Positions 27,977 to 36,570 of a stretch of DNA of 64,000 nucleotides are shown here, piece by piece. The stretch spans positions 124,001-188,000 of the IMG/VR virus record IMGVR_UViG_3300034072_000926; one strand, 5' to 3'. The notes beneath the pieces were generated by a model. It searched no databases and was not told the DNA's origin. It saw only the letters and a program-made list of their open reading frames with translations. Numbering within the stretch: position 1 is the first letter of the stretch; each line of letters opens with the position of its first letter. The position numbers and the translations under genes were made by a program.

Positions 27977-28447
27977 ATGACCGCAATCATTCAGACCATC
28001 GAATCCGTCGAAGCATACGGCGAGAATCTCTCGATTGTGACCACGAGCGAAGGCAACAAGGTCATCGCCAACAAAAAGGAAGACGGATCATTCCGTTGGA
28101 CTGCTGGTGAACTCGTCGCTTACGTCAGCGAAGGTTCTATCCTTCCTGAGGATGTGCTCAAGGATCGCGGATACTGGGACACTGAAAAGAACCGCGGTCT
28201 TCTCGATGGCGGTCCTCGCAATCGTGTGAAGATGAAGAAGCTCGCTGGGTTCGAATCGCGCGGTCTTCTTTTCAAGGTCGATTCGCATAAAGTCATCGAA
28301 AATGCCGGCGAAGAAGGTCGCTTCATAGATGCGGTCATTCGGTATGACCATCACGAGGATGGCATGCGCTCCGTTGGAGACATCCAAGAGGTAAAGGTCG
28401 GCGACGACGTCTCGGAGTTCTTCGGTATCACGGAGTTCCAGGGATGA
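27977..28447 (+). CDS. Stand-alone N-terminal domain of a DRB0094-family RNA ligase-like protein
   Basis: GELVAYVSEGSILP, RVKMKKLAGFESRGLLF and GDDVSEFFGI resemble GDLxVYFEIDSxIP, RLRTxKLRGxxSQGLLL and GDDVTExLGI. Confidence 0.55.
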   Translation: MTAIIQTIESVEAYGENLSIVTTSEGNKVIANKKEDGSFRWTAGELVAYVSEGSILPEDVLKDRGYWDTEKNRGLLDGGPRNRVKMKKLAGFESRGLLFKVDSHKVIENAGEEGRFIDAVIRYDHHEDGMRSVGDIQEVKVGDDVSEFFGITEFQG

Positions 28448-28710
28448 TCACCTTCGATGATTGGTGTCGAGATGTTCGCTCGAAATATGAGCAACAATTC
28501 GGCATCAAGCCAGCAGCCGCTCCGAATCTTGTCAATCTATCAAGCATCATTCAGGAACGGATGATGCGTTGTGGATTGGAAGCTCGTGCATTCCAACTTG
28601 ATGATGATAGGGATACTATCGCGATCCTTGCCCATCACACATTGCTGTATGATGACATCAAGACTCGTAAAGGTGTGAATGATCCTTCCCGCCTCTACGG
28701 CGTAGGTTGA
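28444..28710 (+). CDS. Hypothetical protein
   Basis: 88 aa ORF, ATGA-coupled. Confidence 0.55.
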   Translation: MITFDDWCRDVRSKYEQQFGIKPAAAPNLVNLSSIIQERMMRCGLEARAFQLDDDRDTIAILAHHTLLYDDIKTRKGVNDPSRLYGVG

Positions 28711-28782
28711 CACAACTGCCAACCTGTCGTATTATAAGATAAATAGGGATGGTGGTTAATCGACTGGTTGAATCACCATCCC
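28708..28782 (+). promoter_or_regulatory. Promoters plus hairpin upstream of pncA
   Basis: TTGACA-17-TATTAT, TAAATA at 28740-28745, and the stem GGGATGGTG/CACCATCCC at 28746-28782. Confidence 0.5.
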
Positions 28783-28810
28783 ATGAACCTCAATGAAAGT
28801 TGGAGGCAAT

Positions 28811-29413
28811 ATGAAAAAGTTCCTTGTCGTTATCGACACACAATATGACTTCGTTATGCCAAAGGGTGCCCTCTATGTGAAGGGCGCAGAGAACATCATT
28901 CTCCCCGGCATCGACTTCCTCGCAAATCTGAACCCCGACGAATATTGTGGTGTTCTGTTCACCTACGACACTCATACGCCGTCGGTTTACGAGGGTTCGC
29001 CCGAAAGCGAACAATTCCCCATTCACTGTGTGAAGAGGACGTTCGGCTGGACCAACGTCTTCAACGACCAAATCATCCACAAGAACATTCCAGTGTCGCG
29101 TCTCGACAAAGGTGTGTTCAATATGTGGGAAGAAGCTGATCTGCGTATGGAACGCTTTGATCGTTCCACTTCTATTATCCGTCCAGTTATTGACATGCTG
29201 GTCCGAGACGACTTTTTCCTCGATCTGGCCAGCAAGGACGTTGAAATCGAAATCTTCGGCGTAGCTTCCGACTATTGCGTGAAGTGGGCGGTTGATGGTT
29301 TCGTGAAGCGTGGCTTCAAGGTCAAGGTCATCGACGAACTGTGCCGTGGCATCATGCAGACGGCTCAGGAAACTTTCGATGCTCCTGAATATGTAACGGT
29401 CGAGGTCGTGTAA
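28811..29413 (+). CDS. pncA: Nicotinamidase (isochorismatase family)
   Basis: VVIDTQYDF (Asp), TYDTH and IHC (metal ligands), DKG (Lys), GVASDYCV (Cys); GGAGG RBS. Confidence 0.92.
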   Translation: MKKFLVVIDTQYDFVMPKGALYVKGAENIILPGIDFLANLNPDEYCGVLFTYDTHTPSVYEGSPESEQFPIHCVKRTFGWTNVFNDQIIHKNIPVSRLDKGVFNMWEEADLRMERFDRSTSIIRPVIDMLVRDDFFLDLASKDVEIEIFGVASDYCVKWAVDGFVKRGFKVKVIDELCRGIMQTAQETFDAPEYVTVEVV

Positions 29414-29871
29414 TGGGCAAGATCATCACAAGCCCAGAACCAGTTAGTCATCCGTTCCAAAAGGCGATCTTCCTCGCAGGCGGTATCTCGAACTGCCCTG
29501 ACTGGCAGACCCCTGTCGCCGAACGTATCGCAGCAGAGACTGACGCCGTGGTCTATAATCCACGCCGGCTCGACTTCGATATGTCGGCGTATGAAGAAAT
29601 CTCTCGCCAGCAGATCATTTGGGAATGGCATGCCTTGAGGACTGCGGCATTCAATCTCTTTTGGTTCCCCGAAGAGACACTCTGCCCAATCACGCTACTG
29701 GAATATGGGTCGGCTATGGAACGCTTGCGTCCCGGTGCTCTTATGTGCGGAACTCATCCGAACTATCAGCGTCGCTTCGATATCATCGAGCAAGCCAAGC
29801 TCAAGCAACACGATCCAATATACGATAGTCTCGAGACTCTTGTGGACCAAACGATCGCAATGCTCAAATAA
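29413..29871 (+). CDS. Nucleoside 2-deoxyribosyltransferase-like protein
   Basis: IFLAGGI, DWQ, NPRR, QIIWEWHAL, LFWFP, CPITLLEYG; coupled to pncA. Confidence 0.8.
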   Translation: MGKIITSPEPVSHPFQKAIFLAGGISNCPDWQTPVAERIAAETDAVVYNPRRLDFDMSAYEEISRQQIIWEWHALRTAAFNLFWFPEETLCPITLLEYGSAMERLRPGALMCGTHPNYQRRFDIIEQAKLKQHDPIYDSLETLVDQTIAMLK

Positions 29872-29878
29872 ATAATGG

Positions 29879-30484
29879 GTGCGACTTTACGAGATACAAG
29901 GCTTCGGCTATTGCCCGAATGATGACCTTCTACTTGAAGGGTGGATGGATAGTGTCAAAAAGGCACTAGGTGGAAAAGTTGATCAAGCTGTAACGGTTGT
30001 CAACAATACTGCATCTGCTCTTCAGGTGTTTTACAAGATCGGCACAAATCCCGAATATCTTGATACAGTGGTGTTCCTGATCAAGAAAGACATCAAGCAA
30101 AAGCTCAAAGCTCTTGGCAATGGTCCTATCATGACTAAGTTTCGTGAATTTGTGGACAAAATCTTTCCTGCTGGTCGCAAGCTTCTAGACTTCGTCAAAT
30201 GCTGCATCATTTGCGCTGCTCTCAAATTTGTCGGTGGATTGGTTGAGAAATTCAATACCGCAAAGAAAGTCGGCGGACAAATGCTTGATCAGATCAAAGA
30301 CCAAGCCCAAGATGTTGTCGGAGAACTGTTGCAGAAGATGACCGGCCTTGATACCATGGTTAATGGATTAACTCAAGCTAGTGGTGTATTTGCAATTCTC
30401 AAAGGTCTTGGAATTGCAAATGAGCTGTTGTTCGAACTCCTCACCAATGTGAACAAGAAAATTCAGAGCGTAAGAGTCGGTTGA
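29879..30484 (+). CDS. Hypothetical late protein
   Basis: TAAATA at 29869-29874; begins MRLYEI. Confidence 0.65.
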   Translation: MRLYEIQGFGYCPNDDLLLEGWMDSVKKALGGKVDQAVTVVNNTASALQVFYKIGTNPEYLDTVVFLIKKDIKQKLKALGNGPIMTKFREFVDKIFPAGRKLLDFVKCCIICAALKFVGGLVEKFNTAKKVGGQMLDQIKDQAQDVVGELLQKMTGLDTMVNGLTQASGVFAILKGLGIANELLFELLTNVNKKIQSVRVG

Positions 30485-30528
30485 CATTTCTCCTCAACCT
30501 GCTAGACAGGTGTTGAAAGGAGCAACCG

Positions 30529-31185
30529 ATGACTCATCCAAGCAAATATCCGTCCAGTCCACATTGGATCGCTTCTCCCGAAGTTCATCGGGATGATTCC
30601 ACTCATCAGGATCCTGAGTTCTTTGTAGGACGGGAAGTCGTGATCACTGAGAAGCTTGATGGCGGGAATACCTGTCTCAACGCTGGCGAAGTCTATGCAC
30701 GATCGACCGGACAGCCCGCAACACAAGGTTGGTTTGCAATGGTCAAGAAGCATCATGCTTGGCGGACCATCCATATCGACCCACGTATCGCGATCTACGG
30801 GGAAGATCTCTACGGCATCCATTCTATCGTCTATGACGCCCTTAAGGAAGAAGAGACCTATCGGGTCTTCAATATCCGTGAAGGGGACGAGTGGTTGTCC
30901 TTGGACGAGAAGATTGCATTCTGTGAAGAACATGAATTCATGATGGTTCCTGTTCTCTTCCGAGGCGTCTTCGATAGCGTTGATGAGATCACAAAGTGGT
31001 TTGACGCTCATATCAAGGAACCGAGTGCTCTCGGGCCGGATCGCGAAGGCTTCGTGATGCAAATCACCGATCGCTTTCATAATGACGCTTTTGCTCGGTC
31101 TGTTGCAAAGTATGTCCGAAAAGGGCATGTTCAGACTGATGAACATTGGACCCGCAACTGGAAGCCTGCCTCTCTTTTGAAGTAG
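30529..31185 (+). CDS. RNA ligase (nucleotidyltransferase domain only)
   Basis: ITEKLDGGN (motif I, KxDG), IYGE, VFNI, EGFV, AKYV. Confidence 0.88.
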   Translation: MTHPSKYPSSPHWIASPEVHRDDSTHQDPEFFVGREVVITEKLDGGNTCLNAGEVYARSTGQPATQGWFAMVKKHHAWRTIHIDPRIAIYGEDLYGIHSIVYDALKEEETYRVFNIREGDEWLSLDEKIAFCEEHEFMMVPVLFRGVFDSVDEITKWFDAHIKEPSALGPDREGFVMQITDRFHNDAFARSVAKYVRKGHVQTDEHWTRNWKPASLLK

Positions 31186-31204
31186 GCTTCCCAAAGGGAA
31201 GTTT

Positions 31205-31699
31205 ATGTTCAAGCAAGGCTCGTTCTACGCAATCCAAGGCAAGACTAAAATGGGAAGCACGGTCTTCCTAGAGAGTGTCATTGCCTCCGACAATCACCAA
31301 GAGCGTCTACGCGCTATTGCCAAGAGGGCTGCTCGCTTCAGTAGCTCTTACGAAGAGGACGTCATCAGTCCTCTCATTCCAATCAAATCGTCGGCCAATC
31401 CCTTTGAAGTGAAAGTCTGGGATTCCAATGTGGATATCAAGATTATCATTTCTATGATGCGTATGATTCGCAAGAATGCGAGTGATGCTGACGTTGATCC
31501 CAACAGCCTGAAGATTGTAGTCGTCGAAACAAGTGTTGAAGCCTATATTCCCGAAAGTCCAAGTGACGAAGAAACCGAACTTCGTCGTTATGTGCTGGAA
31601 AAGCTCAGCGATGAAGAGAAGAAACTCCTGAATGTGACACACTGGGAAGTCTACGGGAAGCTTGCTGATCGTTCCATGTTGGACGACGAAGAATCCTAA
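31205..31699 (+). CDS. Hypothetical protein (KLSDEEKKLL motif)
   Basis: 164 aa ORF; the RBS lies in the GGCTTCCC-AAA-GGGAAGTT hairpin. Confidence 0.65.
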   Translation: MFKQGSFYAIQGKTKMGSTVFLESVIASDNHQERLRAIAKRAARFSSSYEEDVISPLIPIKSSANPFEVKVWDSNVDIKIIISMMRMIRKNASDADVDPNSLKIVVVETSVEAYIPESPSDEETELRRYVLEKLSDEEKKLLNVTHWEVYGKLADRSMLDDEES

Positions 31700-31708
31700 A
31701 AGGTTGAC

Positions 31709-32719
31709 GTGATGGATATTGACATTATTAAGGGTTTGATTAAGAACAAATCACCGAAGGCGAAATTTGTGGCTAAAAAGAGTGTAGCAGACGTTATGCC
31801 CAAAAAGGGCAATGAACTACAATCCAACGCCGCCACTCCTAATCGTATCAATACCTTCGCTGAAACAATGACTCAGTTGAAGGTGTCTCAGGAAATCAAA
31901 ATTCCTCGAGCTCCATCAGAACCTATTCTCAGGATGCCTCAAATCCAGCCGTTGTATAAGACGCTGGGAGAAAAGATGAACATCTGTCCCTACGAACTTA
32001 GGGACATTCTGACTCACGACTACACTGAGGAAAATGAGATTGCTCTCAGTCTACTTAAGAAATTCGTAGTCGCAGTAAAGCTCAGCGGGACGGTCGATTT
32101 CTCGAATAGTCGGGAGAACATCCGTCTTTCTGAGGAGAGGTTCAAGAACGAGACCGAATGGCAGAAACAAGAGGTCGAGAAGATCAACAATCTTGCTGCC
32201 GAGAAGGAACAAAAGATCAAGACAGGTTCGGCAGAGCTTCGAAAGATCTGGCATGATATCTTGATTGATCTTGTCACCAAGCTTCAGCGCAATCAAAACA
32301 TCAACGACCTTGGCACTCTTGACTACTGGTTGGTCAAAGCCCTTAAGGCTAAGAGCTCTAAATATGTTAAAGTTGATCGCCAGCATCAAGTGACCATCGA
32401 CTACCAGAAATGTAAGTCTATTACGTCCGACGGCGTTCAACAGCTATTCAAAGATATGTCCACTATGCGTGAAAGCCATGCGGCCCACACGTTGCGTAGC
32501 GAGCTTCACAGGGCATCTGACGATAAGTTGGAAATGCTGGCTCGGATGTATCAGGATGAGAAAGATCCTCGTCTTGCATTCGTCCTTGAAGAGATTGATG
32601 ACCGTGATGACAGGACTCGTCGCATCAACTGGAACGATCCCTATAGCGAGTGGCGCGAGCAAAGTCGTTATGACAAATATGCAAAGCTGGTCGACATGCT
32701 TCGTGACCTAGGCGAGTAA
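31709..32719 (+). CDS. Hypothetical coiled-coil protein
   Basis: 336 aa ORF. Confidence 0.65.
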   Translation: MMDIDIIKGLIKNKSPKAKFVAKKSVADVMPKKGNELQSNAATPNRINTFAETMTQLKVSQEIKIPRAPSEPILRMPQIQPLYKTLGEKMNICPYELRDILTHDYTEENEIALSLLKKFVVAVKLSGTVDFSNSRENIRLSEERFKNETEWQKQEVEKINNLAAEKEQKIKTGSAELRKIWHDILIDLVTKLQRNQNINDLGTLDYWLVKALKAKSSKYVKVDRQHQVTIDYQKCKSITSDGVQQLFKDMSTMRESHAAHTLRSELHRASDDKLEMLARMYQDEKDPRLAFVLEEIDDRDDRTRRINWNDPYSEWREQSRYDKYAKLVDMLRDLGE

Positions 32720-32786
32720 GAATATAGACTAACCTGCTTCCACCGCTTTACGACTTACAAGAAGGTTTACCTCTTGGAGTTGTAAA

Positions 32787-33197
32787 GTGTCCGAAGAAAA
32801 CAATAATGAGGAAGAAAAGCAGACCGCGAAGGACGAGCTAGAAGCAGCATCGATCAACGGGATTGCGTATATCCTCACACACCTCGCCGATCATTATGGC
32901 AATAATATCCCCGATGATATCGAACTCAACAATGTCTTTCTTCGGGTCTTCTCAAATCTAACTGGTGAAATGCTGGCCCATTATCCTGAGGACATTCGGG
33001 ACGATGTGTTCAGCAACATGATTTCCGATATCCAGCAGATTATGGATGTAGCAGTCGTCGAACTTGCCGAACTAGCAGAACTCGAAGAAACACTCGTCGA
33101 AGCTGAAGAATCTGACGTTCAGACTCTCGCTGACACTATCTTGCGCGGCTCCAATCCCCTTGATCTTTCGAAGCTGAAGCCAAAGGGCAACTGCTGA
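32787..33197 (+). CDS. Acidic hypothetical protein
   Basis: 136 aa ORF with GGAG RBS. Confidence 0.65.
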   Translation: MSEENNNEEEKQTAKDELEAASINGIAYILTHLADHYGNNIPDDIELNNVFLRVFSNLTGEMLAHYPEDIRDDVFSNMISDIQQIMDVAVVELAELAELEETLVEAEESDVQTLADTILRGSNPLDLSKLKPKGNC

Positions 33198-33784
33198 TGG
33201 CGAAGAAAGTCTATAAGATTCGGGATACAGCCACGAACAAATATTGGAATGGTCAGAGCCATCGCAGCGTATTCAACAATGATGGCAAGGTCTGGTCAAA
33301 TCGGGCACGATGCGAAGCATCAATGACTTACTTTATTCAGTATCGTAGTCGCTGGGCAACGTCGACCAATCCGTTCAATCCGCCGACGACTTGGGAAATT
33401 GTAGAGATTGAACTTCAACCAGTCGAGAAGACAACCTACGACACAGTTGAACTCCTCAAGACTATTGTTCTACGAAACAAGGTATCTAGCGTTCATACCT
33501 CATTCGGATATTTCATCGACACGATGTCGAAGAAGAATGTCCTCGACAAAATCGAGTTCATGTTCAAGATCAAGCCCACACCGGGTATGTCTTATGTGGA
33601 CTTTGATCGCATCAAGGAAGCCCGCGCCCAACTACGTCAGCTAGGTGTGAAGACTAGGACGTTCAAGGAACACAACGGTGTATTTGGTATGATGGACCGT
33701 CAGCAGGCTTTGAAGGCCCGACTGGTTCTAGATATCGAGCATTCAATCGACTTGCCTGCCGTTCGGACTGAATTAAAAATCTGA
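33197..33784 (+). CDS. Hypothetical protein, paralog of 21068-21661
   Basis: Shared N- and C-terminal motifs with 21068-21661. Confidence 0.7.
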   Translation: MAKKVYKIRDTATNKYWNGQSHRSVFNNDGKVWSNRARCEASMTYFIQYRSRWATSTNPFNPPTTWEIVEIELQPVEKTTYDTVELLKTIVLRNKVSSVHTSFGYFIDTMSKKNVLDKIEFMFKIKPTPGMSYVDFDRIKEARAQLRQLGVKTRTFKEHNGVFGMMDRQQALKARLVLDIEHSIDLPAVRTELKI

Positions 33785-33865
33785 ACATACCCTTTGCCTT
33801 TCTGGTTGACAAGAAGCCTGAATCCTGTATGTTCAGGATATCAGTTAGGCAAAGGAGATCGAAAC

Positions 33866-34228
33866 ATGGGAACGACTACGCTCAAGGACTATGGCCGCCA
33901 TTCCGCAAAGCACGGCGACATTCCTTTCTATTACGGCTTCCCCTTCCGCTTCTGGTTCGGTGAACATCAGCTGGCCCCGGAAGACGTTGAAACGTGGTGC
34001 AAGGAAAACTGTGTCGGCTATTACAAGACCGTTTCCTACACCCACAAATCGTCGGTGCGCCTGCGTGACGGCCGGTTCGACAGCAAGGTGGTCTTCATCG
34101 ACAAGATCTATCTGCAGAACGAAGCCGACGCAATGCGCGTCAAACTTCAGTTCGACGTCAAGGACGAGGTGGTCAAGCGGCCGGAGCGTATCAAGGCCCG
34201 GCGCAAGAAGCGCGCAAAGAAGGCCTAA
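33866..34228 (+). CDS. Small-protein family member (YLQNEADAMRVKLQF)
   Basis: AAAGGAG RBS, TTGACA promoter, strong codon bias. Confidence 0.75.
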   Translation: MGTTTLKDYGRHSAKHGDIPFYYGFPFRFWFGEHQLAPEDVETWCKENCVGYYKTVSYTHKSSVRLRDGRFDSKVVFIDKIYLQNEADAMRVKLQFDVKDEVVKRPERIKARRKKRAKKA

Positions 34229-34249
34229 GTTCCAGCAAACAAAAGGTTT

Positions 34250-34280
34250 AAGGTCGGGGAGAAATTCCCGACCTTTTCTT
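34250..34280 (+). terminator. Intrinsic terminator
   Basis: AGGTCGGG-GAGAAATT-CCCGACCT followed by TTTCTT. Confidence 0.75.
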
Positions 34281-34359
34281 GTGAATAGATATTGCAAAAG
34301 CGTTCTACCGCATGTATATAACGTTCTATCCAATATGAACAAACAGAAAGGGAAAGTTC

Positions 34360-34866
34360 ATGAAGGCATTTCTTATCGCTGCTGCGGCAGCTCTGGTCGC
34401 TGTCGCGGCTCCTGCTTCGGCTCAGGAATTCACCGGTGCTCGTCTGGGCGTAACCGGCGGCTACGACAACATCCAGGACCGTGAAGGTTTCACCTACGGT
34501 GTGGTCGCAGGCGTTGATGCCCCCATCGCAAAGGGCGTGACCCTGGGCGTGGAAGCAACCCTGGAAGATTCGACCACCGGCGCTGCCGGTCTGGAAGCAT
34601 CGCGTGAGCTGGGCGTTGCCGTCCGCGCTGGCGTGAAGGTTCTGCCCAAGGCTCAGGTCTTCGGTAAGGTCGGTTATACCAACGCTCGTCTGGAACTGTC
34701 TGGCACCAACGCCGGCGTTTCGCTGGAAGGTCTGCGTTACGGCGGCGGCGTCGAATACGCTCTGACCGAGAAGCTCTACACCACTGTTGAATACCGTCGT
34801 TCGGAATACGAAGACGGCGTCGGCGGTCGTGACGGCGTGCTGGTTGGCTTCGGCTTCCGTTTCTAA
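34360..34866 (+). CDS. Small outer-membrane beta-barrel protein (Omp25/OmpA-like, about 8 strands)
   Basis: Signal peptide MKAFLIAAAAALVAVAAPASA, amphipathic strands, GGGVEY motif, and C-terminal GFGFRF (BAM-type Phe). Confidence 0.9.
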   Translation: MKAFLIAAAAALVAVAAPASAQEFTGARLGVTGGYDNIQDREGFTYGVVAGVDAPIAKGVTLGVEATLEDSTTGAAGLEASRELGVAVRAGVKVLPKAQVFGKVGYTNARLELSGTNAGVSLEGLRYGGGVEYALTEKLYTTVEYRRSEYEDGVGGRDGVLVGFGFRF

Positions 34867-34887
34867 TCCGTTAGAAACGAACCGGGG

Positions 34888-34917
34888 AAGGGTAGGGAGA
34901 AATCCCTACCCTTTTTT
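34888..34917 (+). terminator. Intrinsic terminator
   Basis: AAGGGTAGGG-AGAAAT-CCCTACCCTT followed by TTTT. Confidence 0.8.
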
Positions 34918-35054
34918 GTGACTATCCGACTACCCTAGAGCCTGTTTGACTGCTCGTTGGGCGTCTACGGGGAATCTAGATAGTAAACAGGTGCCCAAAG
35001 ACAGACTTGACTTTGGACAATAGAATGCTACATTTGATATCGAAGGAGTAACGT

Positions 35055-35369
35055 ATGTCTGAACGTATTGAGAAGGCTTTCAAGGAACTGGTCGACGCTG
35101 TCAACGACGAGGCGACCACCAAGGTCACCGAGATCAAGACGATTGTCGAACCCATCGTGACCCAGGCTGTGGCTCAGGTCACCGCTGCACTGGTCGCCGG
35201 TCGTTTCAAGTTCGACGACCTGTTCAAGGAAAAGGCTGCCGAGGAAGTCGTGCCGCCGACCGAAGATCAGAACAAGCTGATCAAGACCCTGCGCGACGCC
35301 GGCAAGTCGGACGAGGAAATCGCAAAGTTCCTCAATCTGAACATTCTGACGGTCAAGATGGCGGTCTAA
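35055..35369 (+). CDS. Hypothetical protein, probably highly expressed
   Basis: AAGGAG RBS, TTGACT-17-TACATT promoter, strong codon bias. Confidence 0.75.
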   Translation: MSERIEKAFKELVDAVNDEATTKVTEIKTIVEPIVTQAVAQVTAALVAGRFKFDDLFKEKAAEEVVPPTEDQNKLIKTLRDAGKSDEEIAKFLNLNILTVKMAV

Positions 35370-35377
35370 AAAATCAC

Positions 35378-35423
35378 TTGACGTTGTGATCTGTTTATCA
35401 TAAAAGAGACAGATCACAGCGTC
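35378..35423 (+). promoter_or_regulatory. Sigma70-type promoter inside a 15-bp inverted repeat
   Basis: TTGACG-17-TAAAAG; GACGTTGTGATCTGT/ACAGATCACAGCGTC with one wobble pair. Confidence 0.55.
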
Positions 35424-35483
35424 TGTGATACTAGCTGAAGAAGCAATGGTGCTTCCCAAGCGCAAGTGGTAGAAAGGTATCAA

Positions 35484-35966
35484 ATGTCCAACGCAATCAA
35501 TCTGTCTGACATCAACAAGCTCACTGACTCCTATCCTTGGGTGTCGGTGTTTTCGTTGTGTGCAGAACTCGGATATCTCAACGGGGATATCTCGGTCGAT
35601 GGTCTGCAGGAAAATGTCGAGATCACGTTTTATCGTAAAAGCCGCAAGATCGGCTATATCCGCAAAATCCTGGCAATCATCCACCCGACGAATCCGAATC
35701 TTCCACACATGAACCTAGAAGTGAAGGGTTCATATGTCGAGTGCTTCACAACTTGCAATTCCGAATTGCAGAATGAAGCAATGGCATTCACCGAGTCTTG
35801 CCCGGACACTGATCACCTCACAAGCTTCTGTTCAGTCGAATCTGCCGGCCTCCGGTTCGGGTTCAGGCTGACTGAAGCTGGCATGAAACTGAACACCTAT
35901 CAGCAAACCAAGCTGCTGGCACAGAGCGTTTTCAAACTCACTCAGTTCTTGCGTTACGGTCTATAA
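35484..35966 (+). CDS. Hypothetical protein
   Basis: AGAAAGG RBS before MSNAIN. Confidence 0.65.
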   Translation: MSNAINLSDINKLTDSYPWVSVFSLCAELGYLNGDISVDGLQENVEITFYRKSRKIGYIRKILAIIHPTNPNLPHMNLEVKGSYVECFTTCNSELQNEAMAFTESCPDTDHLTSFCSVESAGLRFGFRLTEAGMKLNTYQQTKLLAQSVFKLTQFLRYGL

Positions 35967-36002
35967 GTCGAAATAAAAACGGTAGAACGTTTTCTTTATT
36001 GA

Positions 36003-36046
36003 TAAACGAACCATACCGCTATTAGTCAAGAGGTATGGTTCGTTTA
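36003..36046. repeat. Perfect 15-bp inverted repeat
   Basis: TAAACGAACCATACC (36003-36017) and GGTATGGTTCGTTTA (36032-36046). Confidence 0.9.
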
Positions 36047-36065
36047 GTCATTTGTAATTCCGAAT

Positions 36066-36473
36066 ATGCGGGAAACTTATCGACGAGCTCGCTTAAAGGT
36101 AATGAGGGACAATCCCGAATCAGTAGGCATCAAAGTATGGTTCGATACTAAACCAGAACTAGAATTTGAATCTATTCTTAAAGCCAAAGGTTTATCCTAT
36201 AAGAAGCAATTCCATTCTTCAAACCCTCATTATCTATATGACTTTTTAGTAGAAGAGAAACTCATAGTCGAGATTGATGGACCTTGGCATTATAAAGCCT
36301 CACTTCATGGAACACCAAAAGCATTTTCTAAGATGCAATCACGTGATGCTGCTAAGAATCTAGCGGCCGGACGTTTAGGTTACCACATTGCTAGAATTGA
36401 AGTAGGTCAAAAACTTCCAGATAACTGGGAGGATATCCTCAGATTACAAGGTATTGACTTAGATAATCTCTGA
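36066..36473 (+). mobile_element. Vsr/DUF559-like (EDxHD-type) endonuclease, probable homing endonuclease
   Basis: YDFLVEEKLIVEIDGPWH and RDAAKNLAAGRLGY; AT-rich; convergent with the capsid gene. Confidence 0.75.
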
Positions 36474-36488
36474 ATAGATAGTCACAGA

Positions 36489-36520
36489 AATGGGGCACAT
36501 TTCCATGTGCCCCATTCTTT
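36489..36520. terminator. Bidirectional terminator
   Basis: AATGGGGCACAT-TTCC-ATGTGCCCCATT followed by a T-tract. Confidence 0.75.
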
Positions 36521-36570
36521 TTGGAGTCTCTTTCGAGATATTGCTGAATTTCTTCAGCAATATCAAGAGG

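Noticed and set aside
7054-36030. Identical 12-mer CTATTAGTCAAG at 7054-7065 and 36019-36030
   Set aside because: Half of it is the reverse complement of a -35 box and it occurs only twice; not enough for a regulatory motif.
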